Source: Candidatus Falkowbacteria bacterium | GTDB taxonomy: Bacteria > Patescibacteriota > Patescibacteriia > UBA11705 > JABHMO01 | NCBI GenBank assembly: GCA_016214755.1 | Contig: JACRNX010000031.1 | Span: 18,020 to 82,019 of the forward strand | Length of the DNA stretch: 64,000 nt | Reading direction: 5' to 3' | Part shown: piece by piece, positions 35,224 through 45,066 of the stretch | Layout of the letters: each line of letters opens with the position of its first letter | Position numbering within the stretch: the first letter of the stretch is position 1 | Program-made: the position numbers and the translations under genes | The notes under the pieces: generated by a model | Told to the model about the DNA's origin: nothing | What the model saw: only the letters and a program-made list of their open reading frames with translations | Database searches by the model: none

Positions 35224-37070
35224 GGCCGATTTTCTCAAAAATTAAATTGACGGCGGCGGCAATCGCCCCGCCGCTATTATACCGAGGAATGATATATTTC
35301 ATTAAATACTCTCTATTGTTTGACAATTTGTCTTGATTAACGGTGCAATATAGACGGATTATTTTCTTTAATTGTTTAGTTTTGGACACGATGTGAATTC
35401 TTTTTTTTAATAAATTAATATCTTGGGGCAGTGGTTTTAAATAATCATCGTATAAAATAATTGTTTTATCCGTCGCCATCGCCTCAAACATCGCGGTTGA
35501 ACCAAAATCAAAAATATAAGCGTCGGCGCGATTCATGATATTGATGAATTTTCCGCTTCGGACGTATTGACAATTAGAATATCCTTTATCGCGTATATAT
35601 TCCGGCAAAGGATTATAGGCCGCGTCAGACGCTTGCAATCCTTTGATAATAAACTTTATTTTGGGAAAGAATTTAAAAACATCCACTATTCTTTGTTGTA
35701 GTTTAAATGTTTGAATGTCAGTCCAATTGCTTCTGTGCGAATTCCCATAAAGCAAACTAACGACAAATATTATCGTTGAAAATCTTTTTCTCGGAGAATG
35801 AAGGCGTTGACTTTTTTTAAATAAAGATTCGATTTTCGCCGAACCGACGCTATAAGCGTTTTGCTTTGTTTGTCGTTTAGAATAAAAATTATTTGCTTTT
35901 TTCGCTAACTCTTTATCATATGTTAAAAAAATATCTGCCGTTTTCATGTCAGTTTGTTGCGGGATAGCGTCTTCGCATAATAACGACTTACATTCCTCCA
36001 TGTTCATAGATAACTGTTGGAATATTATTGCTTTTACAAACAGCGGCAATCGCCTGGCTGTTAATATTATAAACGCCGGTGGTTAATAAAATGCGGAAAT
36101 TGAATTTTGCGATTAGCTCTTTCGCTTGCGCGTGAATTTCCAACGCGCGCGGGACTGATTTAATCAGATGTTCTTTGAACGCATTTGCCACTATCGGCCA
36201 GAAATTAACAGCGCAATATGAAAATTGGTTTATGAAATTGTCATCGCGCGTTAACTTTTGCCAGACCTGTTCCCATTCCTCTTGTCGAAACGGGTTTATC
36301 GTTTTGAGTTTAATTGTCCTAAACATATTTGATAAATAAAACGGATATCGCCAATTGGCCGTATCCCAAACAATCAGTTGCTTATTTTGTTTCAAAAGAT
36401 CATTAAGAACGTATTTAAGGTCAAATGTGTAATTTAATGCCAATATTTGCGGTTTTCGCCAGCCGGACAATATGTTTTTTATTGACAAAAATTGTCGCTG
36501 AAAATAAATTTTTCTGACGATTTTATTTTGTTTCATTCTGGAAATTAGATCAGGCAACAAATTTTTTTTTCTCCGACGCGCTTTTTGCGTAATTACCGTC
36601 GGCATGGATAAACTATATTTTTTCGCAATCAACGGAACAAGGGCGCAATCATTGGTTTCTCCATTTGAAAAAAGATATATTTTTTTGATTTGGCCGCGCT
36701 TGTTGGCGAGATAGTTGTCCAATAATTTTATTCTTGTCATGACGCAAGCCAGATTTGAATAGAAATGGACGAATTCGCTTTTGTACGGGGAAAGATTCGT
36801 ATCTTTTAATGAACTTATATTGTCAATTAAATAATTATCAATGTACTCGATAATTCCCTGAAACTTTAAATAATAAAACGCTTTTTCTTTGTCAGTTAAA
36901 ATGATTTGGGAATAATTTTCAAGCGTTTCATATTTAATTTTATGGCGCTCGAGAAAATGACAGGCCTCGGCCGTTAGCGCTATCATTTGGTAACGATCTG
37001 AATCTTCGTCGTTCATTATTTTTACGGCCGATTGAATCTGTTGTTCGTTCTCGACAAAAAATATATTCAT
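35210..37070 (-). pseudogene. frameshifted putative GT-B surface-carbohydrate transferase, split into ORFs 35988..37070 and 35210..36049
   Basis: The upstream ORF ends at YEHGGM*. The downstream ORF has no convincing start and continues in the adjacent frame (CKSLLCE...ADIFLTY...IKG...STAMFEAMATDKTII). Removing one A from GGAGGAATGT fuses them into one ORF of about 620 aa. Confidence 0.65.
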
Positions 37071-38971
37071 AAAGAATTTTTTCCTGCCTCTATCCGCAAG
37101 CCGAACCTTTTTTTAAAAACGTCCCGTTGCTTATAAGTGTCATCAACTTCCTGCAATGAGTGATACAGGCGAAACAAATACAGGTCATCAACATTATTAA
37201 ATTGAATCATCGGCGCGTTATAGCCTTCGCTTTTGTCTGAATATATTTTTATAAATTTATTTTTATCGCCGATTTCCATCCACTGCTCTGTCGCACCTGA
37301 ACAATGGCTGGACGTAATTAAGCTATTGGTTAAATTGTGGTGGTTTATTTCGCTTCTATTTATTTTGAATGTTTCAGCTCCGCCGCCGTTATTTGTTTTG
37401 TAATATAACGAACTTATGTCAAAACTTGTCGGAATAACTGTAATAATTCCCGAACGGATTGAACAGGGCTGATCGATAGTCAAATCAAAATCATAAATTA
37501 ATTCGATCATTGGCTCTTCCGAAGATATTCTGATTTCTTTTTTAATCCGGCCGAGCCGTGTCTTTATATCCGCTTGGATTGAATAATAGTTTATCCCGTT
37601 TATTTTAATTTGATTTGCTGTGGGAAAAATAATTTCCAAATCAGTAATCTTAGACGAGCCGAGTGGTTCAATTATCGTTCCGGCGCTGAAAAAATCCGCG
37701 GCGTATGAAATATCGTCGAAGTAGCCATGTTCTATTGTTCCAAATAGCGGTTCCTCGCTAATTTGTTTATAAATAATTTTTTCAATCGCCAGCCCCTTTC
37801 TCGCGTTCATAATCAGTTTAATAAAATCATTTTCAAATTCTAATCTGAACTTATTACGCGATAGGCGCGCGGAATTATCTTCAACGGGAATATATTTGGC
37901 GTTTTCAACTTTCGGCGTAAAAATATTTGCTGTTTTGTCCAGTTCTTCGTTAAATTGGTTCCAACGTCCTTCCTCTATGTGAGTTCTAAAATCGCTGCTC
38001 CAAAGCCAACATAATTTTCTCCAATATTCAGTGTCAACACTGTTCTTTTGCCGCAAATAATTATAAATTTTATAACATCGAGCGTTTATGTCAGCGTCAT
38101 TTCTGCCGCTTACCGCCCAGCGCGTGATATTATATTTGTCTTGTTTTTTAACCGGAATGGGAATACTTGCTGATTCTAGCGACAGGACATTATCGGCATT
38201 TAGATTTATACTCTTTTGCAAGACATCTGACGGCAGAACTAGATTAAAATTTTTAACAGAAAGAATTTGATTGAATAATTGGCTGATTCTATTCCATTCG
38301 CCGTCAGTGTGAATATTTAACTCTGTCATATATCTTCCCGGACGGAAATCAAATATCTCCGCGTCATTGCAGTACAAAGAGAAAAATCTATCTTCATCAC
38401 CCACGTTGCTTGTCAGATATTGAATATATTGGTCAAGCTCGATGTCTCCGTGCGCGTATCTTTGAAATTTTTGAAAAGCAATGCAATTATTCCAAATAAC
38501 GAGCATTGATTGTCCGGATTGATTCATTGCTCTCTGCGGATAATAGCGCCAATTTTTATCCCATTCTTTATGATTGCTATACGGATTATTCCACTCCATC
38601 ACAATCGCCTGATATCCTGTTTTAATATAATGCTCAATTAATCCGCTTGAATACGCCTGTTCGTTAACCAGCGCTGGTGCCGGAACAAGCGGCGCGATTA
38701 CCTGGGAATACCCGCTGCCAATAATTTCAACTAATCCCAAATTAACTAATTTTTTTATTTTTTCAACCAAAGTCGGCGCCAAGTTTAATAATAATTCCAA
38801 TGTTATACCGGAAAATTCGATCCCTGTCGGAATCTTGCTTTCTTCACAAAGATTGACCAGCGGCCAATAACAATTTTCAATAATCTTAATTCTGTCCTGC
38901 TCGGCAATTGACGAATACATTAAGTTCAGATGAAAAATTGTGTATAAATTTAAACGACTCATAAAGTTCAT
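37067..38971 (-). CDS. GH57-like (beta/alpha)7-barrel protein
   Basis: Motifs IFHLNLMYSSI, CYWPL, EIIGSGYSQ, NEQAYS, NDAEIFDFRPGRY and WSSDFRTHI, plus a C-terminal beta domain. Confidence 0.75.
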   Translation of the reverse strand: MNFMSRLNLYTIFHLNLMYSSIAEQDRIKIIENCYWPLVNLCEESKIPTGIEFSGITLELLLNLAPTLVEKIKKLVNLGLVEIIGSGYSQVIAPLVPAPALVNEQAYSSGLIEHYIKTGYQAIVMEWNNPYSNHKEWDKNWRYYPQRAMNQSGQSMLVIWNNCIAFQKFQRYAHGDIELDQYIQYLTSNVGDEDRFFSLYCNDAEIFDFRPGRYMTELNIHTDGEWNRISQLFNQILSVKNFNLVLPSDVLQKSINLNADNVLSLESASIPIPVKKQDKYNITRWAVSGRNDADINARCYKIYNYLRQKNSVDTEYWRKLCWLWSSDFRTHIEEGRWNQFNEELDKTANIFTPKVENAKYIPVEDNSARLSRNKFRLEFENDFIKLIMNARKGLAIEKIIYKQISEEPLFGTIEHGYFDDISYAADFFSAGTIIEPLGSSKITDLEIIFPTANQIKINGINYYSIQADIKTRLGRIKKEIRISSEEPMIELIYDFDLTIDQPCSIRSGIITVIPTSFDISSLYYKTNNGGGAETFKINRSEINHHNLTNSLITSSHCSGATEQWMEIGDKNKFIKIYSDKSEGYNAPMIQFNNVDDLYLFRLYHSLQEVDDTYKQRDVFKKRFGLRIEAGKNSL

Positions 38972-40254
38972 TTGCTTGAATATTCAATCGGAGCGGCTGA
39001 AAAATATTTTCCGTTGATTTTAAATCGTATCGTGCTATAAATCTTGTCTACCAACGCTTGCGCCGCTTCACGATTCGCGCTAACGACGACAATCACGCCA
39101 GCGCGTTGGCCATGATTTTGAATCACCGGGATGTTGTCGCCAACTTTGTAAAAAAAATTCATTTTTACCACCTCCGGCATTTTTTCAATTTCCTCAACAC
39201 CAACGATTCCCTCCAACGCGCCGGCCGGAGGGAAAAAGTAACGGTTGGCCACTGCTAAATTTTTTGTTGGTTTTAATTTCTCAAAATCAACCGGTTCATC
39301 AAGCGCTATTCGCAATGCGGCTTCAACGTAATTTACGCCCGTGCCCAGCGGCACTAAACTTTCGCAAAAATCGCCGCCGCTAAGGCGCGCCGCCATTTCA
39401 ATCATCATCGGCCCTCGCGATGGATGCAGAACTACATCGCCCTTGGATACTCCTTTAACTATGCCAAACGCTCGAGCGGCTTTTTCCACTAAATCGTTCA
39501 CTTCGGCCCGCGCGCTGCTATTTAAAACGGTCGGCACCCAGCCGCCATTTTCCATAATTTGCGGCCAAAATGCTTGCATATTTTCATAAACCCTGTCGGC
39601 AAAACCCGGCGTGACGCATTTGTCTTTCGTTAAAATTGATTCTGTGCTGATTTGCAATCCGTCAAGATATTCTTCTAATTGCACTTGGCCGATTTTGGAA
39701 TTGCTTAGCGCGTATTGAAACGCTTCTTCAACTTCTTCCTGTTTTTCAATTAAGCGCACGCCGCGCGATCCCGCGCGATCAGTCGGTTTTATGATAACTT
39801 TTTTACAATTCCATTTTTGCCAGCGGTCTTTAATTTCTTGCGCTGAATTTACTAAACTAAATTGGGGAATCGGTATTCCTTTGTCGCGGAAGCGGCATTT
39901 CATTTCATATTTGTTAGTCGCAATCCGCCCCGTCTCTTCGCTCGGACCAACCCAATTAAATGCTTTCGCGATTTTCGCGATAATATGAGGAACGTCGCTT
40001 CCCATCGTCGTCACGCCGCAAACGTTGACCCCTTTATTTTTTAAATCATTGACAAATTCAATAACCTTAGGAATATCGCTAAAATTTATCGGCGCGCTGT
40101 AAGTGGCTAATTTTAAACCTGGCGCGTCGGGATTCGCGTCCAACACCGCTGTTTCGACGCCTAATTCATGCGCTGTTTTGATGATAAACAATTGATCATT
40201 GCTCGCTCCCAGCAATAAAACGCATTTGGGTTTGTTTAAAATAACTCCTGCCAT
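38968..40254 (-). CDS. ATP-grasp carboxylate-amine ligase
   Basis: Motifs NKYEMK, IKPTDRAGSRGV, EEYLDG and IEMAARLSGG. Confidence 0.9.
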   Translation of the reverse strand: MAGVILNKPKCVLLLGASNDQLFIIKTAHELGVETAVLDANPDAPGLKLATYSAPINFSDIPKVIEFVNDLKNKGVNVCGVTTMGSDVPHIIAKIAKAFNWVGPSEETGRIATNKYEMKCRFRDKGIPIPQFSLVNSAQEIKDRWQKWNCKKVIIKPTDRAGSRGVRLIEKQEEVEEAFQYALSNSKIGQVQLEEYLDGLQISTESILTKDKCVTPGFADRVYENMQAFWPQIMENGGWVPTVLNSSARAEVNDLVEKAARAFGIVKGVSKGDVVLHPSRGPMMIEMAARLSGGDFCESLVPLGTGVNYVEAALRIALDEPVDFEKLKPTKNLAVANRYFFPPAGALEGIVGVEEIEKMPEVVKMNFFYKVGDNIPVIQNHGQRAGVIVVVSANREAAQALVDKIYSTIRFKINGKYFSAAPIEYSSK

Positions 40255-42011
40255 ATTGATCTTATTTTGTTTAATGATGATTCAGCGTCAATTTTAGTAT
40301 AAAAACTTAAATAAGTTTTCGGACCAGGTTTGACAAATGCGTCAGGAATGGCAATCCTTATCAGCTTGCACGGATAATTATTGTCGCAAATCATTTCACT
40401 TATTATTGAACCGAATCCAGCGTCAATAACATTTTCTTCCATTGTAATGACATATTTTGTTTTTTGAAAAATGTTTCGCAAACTATTTTCCGGTATTGGT
40501 TTTAACCAACGGATATTAATTATGCCGAAGTTTAAATTATGAATTGCCAGCATTTTTTTTAATTCTATGGCAGTTTCCAAGCGGTTGCCAACTGCTAAAA
40601 TATAACCGACATCTCCTGGACAAATTTCTTGTAAGTCGTTTATATCCAGATTATTTGGACGATATTCATTTTCGCTTGCTGGAATATTTTCATACGGATA
40701 AAAAATAATCATCGGCCCTTGCGGATTTGTCGCTCGTTTTTCAAGAATATATTCCAAATCAAAGCTATGCCCAGGATAGAACATTTTTAAATTTGGAACG
40801 CACCTTAAATATGAAATATCATAAATACCATGGTGAGTGTGGCTGTCCAAACCGGCGAAACCCGACCGCGCCGCCAGAATGGTGACTGGCAGATTCATAA
40901 AACAAATATCATGGATAATTTGGTCAAAAGCTCTCTGCATGAAAGTTGATTGATAGCATACGAAAGGTTTGGCGCCGCTTAGCGCTAAACCGCAAGCCAT
41001 GCCGATGGCGTGCTGTTCGGCCATGCCAACGTCAATGGTTCGTTCAGAAAAATCGGCTAAGCAATTATCCAGGCCAGAAGCATAAGGCGTTGAAGGCGTT
41101 ATGACGATAATATCTTTATCTTGCCGCATCAATTTGCGCAGTTGGTCTGCCGCGACCGTCGCGTAGGTTTTTCCCGCTGGCACGGGCGAGCTGCCCTCAC
41201 CAGTCGCGGGATTAAAAGGCATAGAAAAATGCATTTTATATTTATGATTTTTGGCGATGGCCAATCCTTTTCCTTTTTCGGTTTTAACGTGAACCATGAC
41301 ACAGCCATTTTGAGACATGTCGGACGCTTGTTTAAAAGAAATTATTAAATCGCCAATATTATGGCCGTCGGGCACGGCAATATATTGATGGCCTAATCCT
41401 TCAAAATACGCGCGTGATTTTTCATGCCAGTCATCGCCTGAAAATAAATTCTTTATCCCGCCGACATTAGGCGGAATAGCCATGCCATTATCATTGATAA
41501 CCACAATCATCGACAGTTTGTCAGCTACCGTAAAATTTAGTCCTTCGGCTGACATGCCCTCGACTAATGCGCCGTCGCCGACTATCACCACTACCAGCTC
41601 CTTTTTTTGTTTTATCTTATTATTTAAAGCCATTCCGCTGGCGATTGATATGGCGGTACCGGCGTGCGAGGCGTCAATAATGTCATACTCGCTTTCTTCG
41701 CGGCAGAGAAAGCGCGACAAGCCGCCAGTTTGATTCAATGTTTTAAAAAGCTCCAGGCGGCCAGTTAACAATTTTTGAGTATATCCTTGATGCCCGGTGT
41801 CAAAAATAATTTTATCTTTTGGCGCGTCAAAAACATAATGCAAAGCAACGGTTAATTCGATTACGCCCAAATTCGCCCCGATATGGCCGCCGGTTTTAGA
41901 AATCGTTTCAATGAGAAAACAGCGAATCTCTCCGCAAAGCGCGATAAGTTCGTCAATCGCTAATTTTTTTAAATCAGCTGGATTTTGAATTTTTTCTAGA
42001 ATTGAATACAT
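40236..42011 (-). CDS. dxs: DXS-family ThDP-dependent carboligase (divergent; probably not the canonical MEP-pathway enzyme)
   Basis: Motifs GGHIGANLGVIELT, DTGHQGY, SHAGT, GDGA...NDN, TEKGKG, GMAEQHA, STFMQRAFDQ and THHG. Start set at MYSILEKI. Confidence 0.8.
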   Translation of the reverse strand: MYSILEKIQNPADLKKLAIDELIALCGEIRCFLIETISKTGGHIGANLGVIELTVALHYVFDAPKDKIIFDTGHQGYTQKLLTGRLELFKTLNQTGGLSRFLCREESEYDIIDASHAGTAISIASGMALNNKIKQKKELVVVIVGDGALVEGMSAEGLNFTVADKLSMIVVINDNGMAIPPNVGGIKNLFSGDDWHEKSRAYFEGLGHQYIAVPDGHNIGDLIISFKQASDMSQNGCVMVHVKTEKGKGLAIAKNHKYKMHFSMPFNPATGEGSSPVPAGKTYATVAADQLRKLMRQDKDIIVITPSTPYASGLDNCLADFSERTIDVGMAEQHAIGMACGLALSGAKPFVCYQSTFMQRAFDQIIHDICFMNLPVTILAARSGFAGLDSHTHHGIYDISYLRCVPNLKMFYPGHSFDLEYILEKRATNPQGPMIIFYPYENIPASENEYRPNNLDINDLQEICPGDVGYILAVGNRLETAIELKKMLAIHNLNFGIINIRWLKPIPENSLRNIFQKTKYVITMEENVIDAGFGSIISEMICDNNYPCKLIRIAIPDAFVKPGPKTYLSFYTKIDAESSLNKIRSIWQELF

Positions 42012-42030
42012 AAATAATCGCTTCAAATTT

Positions 42031-42801
42031 TTAGCCAAAATACATTCCTCCATTAACATTCAAAGTGTGTCCCGTGATAAAAGAAGCGTCGTCAGAAAGT
42101 AAAAATAACACAGCATCCGCCACTTCCTCCGGTCTGCCCATTCTACCTAACGGAATTTTTGTTTTAGCTTCCAGTTTCAATTCTTCAATCCTTTTATCAT
42201 TGAAAATTGGTGTTTCAATCCAGCCGGGCGCCACCGCGTTAGAGCGAACGCCTTGTTTGCTGGCGATCCGAGCGAGTGAACGCGTCAGACTAATAAGTGC
42301 GGCTTTGCTGGCTGCGTAATCTGACGCCAAATCGCCGCCAGTTTGTCCGCCAACGGACGAAATATTAACAATCGCATCGCCGAATTGCATTTTTGGCAAG
42401 CATTCTTGCGCCAAAATGAAAGCGCTTTTTAAATTCACCGCCAAAGTGCGATCCCATTGTTCATCCGACAGCTCAAAAAAATTACCTTGCTTTAATATGC
42501 CGGCGTTGTTGATCAAATAAGCCACCTGTTGATGCCATTTATCTTCAATCGCGCGCAACAATTCCCGAACCTGTCCGCGCGAGGAAATGTCTTTTTGCAA
42601 AATCAAAAAATCAAATAGCCCTTGTTCTTTAAGCGACTGCTCCATGTCTTTAGCCGCGAACGTGTCTTGGTTAAAACAAACAACCACTTTGGCGTTGTTT
42701 TTTAAAAGCGCGATGGCGATGGCGCGGCCGATTCCCTTGATGCCGCCGGTAACCAAGGCCACTTTGGCATTGAAATTATATTGTTTCATAGTTTTTATCA
42801 A
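42031..42801 (-). CDS. classical SDR oxidoreductase (FabG-like)
   Basis: Motifs TGGIKGIG, NNAG, YAASK, NAVAPG, PLGRMG and NVNGG. Confidence 0.92.
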   Translation of the reverse strand: MIKTMKQYNFNAKVALVTGGIKGIGRAIAIALLKNNAKVVVCFNQDTFAAKDMEQSLKEQGLFDFLILQKDISSRGQVRELLRAIEDKWHQQVAYLINNAGILKQGNFFELSDEQWDRTLAVNLKSAFILAQECLPKMQFGDAIVNISSVGGQTGGDLASDYAASKAALISLTRSLARIASKQGVRSNAVAPGWIETPIFNDKRIEELKLEAKTKIPLGRMGRPEEVADAVLFLLSDDASFITGHTLNVNGGMYFG

Positions 42802-43945
42802 TGTTCAAAATTTTATCTGTTTGTTCTCGGCTGGCACCGTACGCCCAGGCCAAACCGGCGATCTCATCGTTGTTTTTGACAATAGAGTTCTTTTGTTCAT
42901 TATTTTTAACGAATACGCCTTCTACCGCGGCGCTTTTTAATCCGAGTAGTTCAGCCGGATTAAAAATCGTTTTCCAAGCGCCGACTTTTTCGGCTGAATA
43001 AATTTTATATTCGGCATTTGACATGTCGGCACTCACCCATTTGAAAAACTGACGCAGCGGATTAAATTCTCCGAGAAACCCCATTGTACGAACAGTAAAA
43101 ATATCACCGTGAAACCGATTAGTAATTTCATAAACGTAACATTCATTGTCGCGAATGACACAATCGGCCTTGACCGGCCCGTGCGTAATGCCTATGGCGC
43201 GCGCGCCTTGTTCAAGCAGATTATACAACGTCTGCCAGACCGCCAGCGCTAATTGCGAGGGAAAATAACCGTGATGCGGCACAAAGTATGGGAGTTGTGT
43301 AAAAAATCTGTCTCCGATGCCAGCGGGGAAAAATTTTCCCTGCCAAAAAATTCCGTTTACATCATGATGCGTGCCGCGAATATATTGTTCAACGATAACT
43401 TTTCCGTCTCTGGCATAATTGCTAGCTTGATTGAATGCCGCCTCAATTTCAAACGACTCTTTTGCCAACCCGACGCCTTGACTGCCTGAAGCGGCCGTCG
43501 GCTTGATAATGATCGGCCAACCAAAATTGACAGCAAACTTTCTGGCCTCATCTGGTTTTTGGATCACGGCCGAACGCGGACAATTGATTTTATCTAACCA
43601 TCTCTGCTTCATGAGTGCCTTATCAAGACTGCCAAGCACAGCTTCAATTGGTGAATGAAGCAAACCGAGCGCGTCAGATACGATAGCCGCTGTCAACAAG
43701 CCAAAATCACTACCGCAATGGCAGAGGCGGATATTATATTTGACATTATTTTGCAATGCCCAAGTGGTTATTCCACGAACATTCGTCGCATCAAAACTTA
43801 ACGTCAAATCAGCTTTTGCTTTACCGGGCGCATCCGCTTTTTTATCGCTGACAATAACGTGAAAACCAAGTTGTTTGGCCCAGTCAATCGCGGGCATTCC
43901 CAATTCCCCGCCGCCTAAAAACAAAATTGATTTTATGTTTTGCAT
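42776..43945 (-). CDS. ATP-grasp domain protein
   Basis: Motifs LGGGELG, DKALMK, IKPTAASGSQGV, EQYIRG and YEITNRFHG. Confidence 0.88.
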   Translation of the reverse strand: MQNIKSILFLGGGELGMPAIDWAKQLGFHVIVSDKKADAPGKAKADLTLSFDATNVRGITTWALQNNVKYNIRLCHCGSDFGLLTAAIVSDALGLLHSPIEAVLGSLDKALMKQRWLDKINCPRSAVIQKPDEARKFAVNFGWPIIIKPTAASGSQGVGLAKESFEIEAAFNQASNYARDGKVIVEQYIRGTHHDVNGIFWQGKFFPAGIGDRFFTQLPYFVPHHGYFPSQLALAVWQTLYNLLEQGARAIGITHGPVKADCVIRDNECYVYEITNRFHGDIFTVRTMGFLGEFNPLRQFFKWVSADMSNAEYKIYSAEKVGAWKTIFNPAELLGLKSAAVEGVFVKNNEQKNSIVKNNDEIAGLAWAYGASREQTDKILNIDKNYETI

Positions 43946-45066
43946 GCTGATAGCCAATGTTTGTGTAATGGATTTATCTTCAATCTTTGTTTGGCGATGA
44001 ACTTCTCCGCCGCGCGCAGATTAGCCGTGACCGTGGCGCGTTGAAAAATTTTATTTTTGGGTTGAGCGTAAATCAAAGTTGTTGGTTTGAATTTCAACGC
44101 GGTTCGTCTCAGCCTACCTTCAACGGCAAAATCAACAGCCAACTGGAAAAAATTAAATTGCGTATTTGCTTTTGGCCAGAGAACATCGGCGATCAAATCG
44201 CCGCCTAAGTCGGAGTGCAATTCAATAATATATGGTCGGCCGTCTTGATTAACGCGAAACGATAAAATTAAAATGGCGGACAGGCACGGGAATAATTTTC
44301 CAAATCGCTCGACGATTTCTATTATATCTTGCTTGACCTTAGTCTTCTCAATTATTGAAGGCACACTGACGCCAACGCCCTTGATTAAATCGTCACGAGT
44401 TACTCCCACCAGCTCATCGCAAAAACCAATGATTCGCACGCGCCCTTTTCGTACGGTAAAAAAGCAAGAAACATCAAAGCCCTCAATGTATTCTTCTATC
44501 TCAACGAAATGATTGCCAGATGCCTTTGCCGCGGCGGTAAAAGCGGCGGCTAATTGAGTTTGATTGTAAACAATCTTAACTGACTTTTTACCGACCACTG
44601 GAAAGTCCGGTTTGACGATTAACGGAAACTTTAAGGTCGTCAGATGTTCGGGATATCGTTTTGTCCTTATGTTACCGGGCATGCGCAGGCCATGCCGGCG
44701 ACAAAATATTTTCAACTTCGATTTTTCCGTGGCGAGCGGGACTATTTCCGGCGACAGGCCAACCAATTTGTATTGTTTTGCGATCCGCGCGGCTGTTTTC
44801 AAAGCAAAACCAGAGGTGCGTGCGCTCAAACCGACAAGCTGATATTTTTTCCGTAATTTTTCCAATTCTTTAATTATGCCAACGGCGTCGCGAGTGCTTT
44901 TGACGATTTTCTCAGAGGCAAAAGCGAATCCTTGCGCTTCAGGATTGCGATCAATGGCGATAACTTTATATTTCTTCGCGGCTGTTTTGACAAAAGGCAA
45001 CTGTCCGCGCCCGGCGCCAAGACAAATTATTGTTTTAGGCAATTTTTTAGTATCCGACATTCTCAT
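43933..45066 (-). CDS. ATP-grasp domain protein
   Basis: Motifs LGAGRGQ, EKSKLK, IVKPD, EEYIEG and IIELHSDLGG. Confidence 0.85.
   Translation of the reverse strand: MRMSDTKKLPKTIICLGAGRGQLPFVKTAAKKYKVIAIDRNPEAQGFAFASEKIVKSTRDAVGIIKELEKLRKKYQLVGLSARTSGFALKTAARIAKQYKLVGLSPEIVPLATEKSKLKIFCRRHGLRMPGNIRTKRYPEHLTTLKFPLIVKPDFPVVGKKSVKIVYNQTQLAAAFTAAAKASGNHFVEIEEYIEGFDVSCFFTVRKGRVRIIGFCDELVGVTRDDLIKGVGVSVPSIIEKTKVKQDIIEIVERFGKLFPCLSAILILSFRVNQDGRPYIIELHSDLGGDLIADVLWPKANTQFNFFQLAVDFAVEGRLRRTALKFKPTTLIYAQPKNKIFQRATVTANLRAAEKFIAKQRLKINPLHKHWLSACKT

Noticed and set aside
11300-36520. Poly-T/poly-A runs (for example near 11303, 13344, 36502) as phase-variation tracts
   Set aside because: They encode Lys runs in AT-rich intact ORFs. 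No long G/C tracts were seen, and the one observed frameshift is not at a homopolymer.
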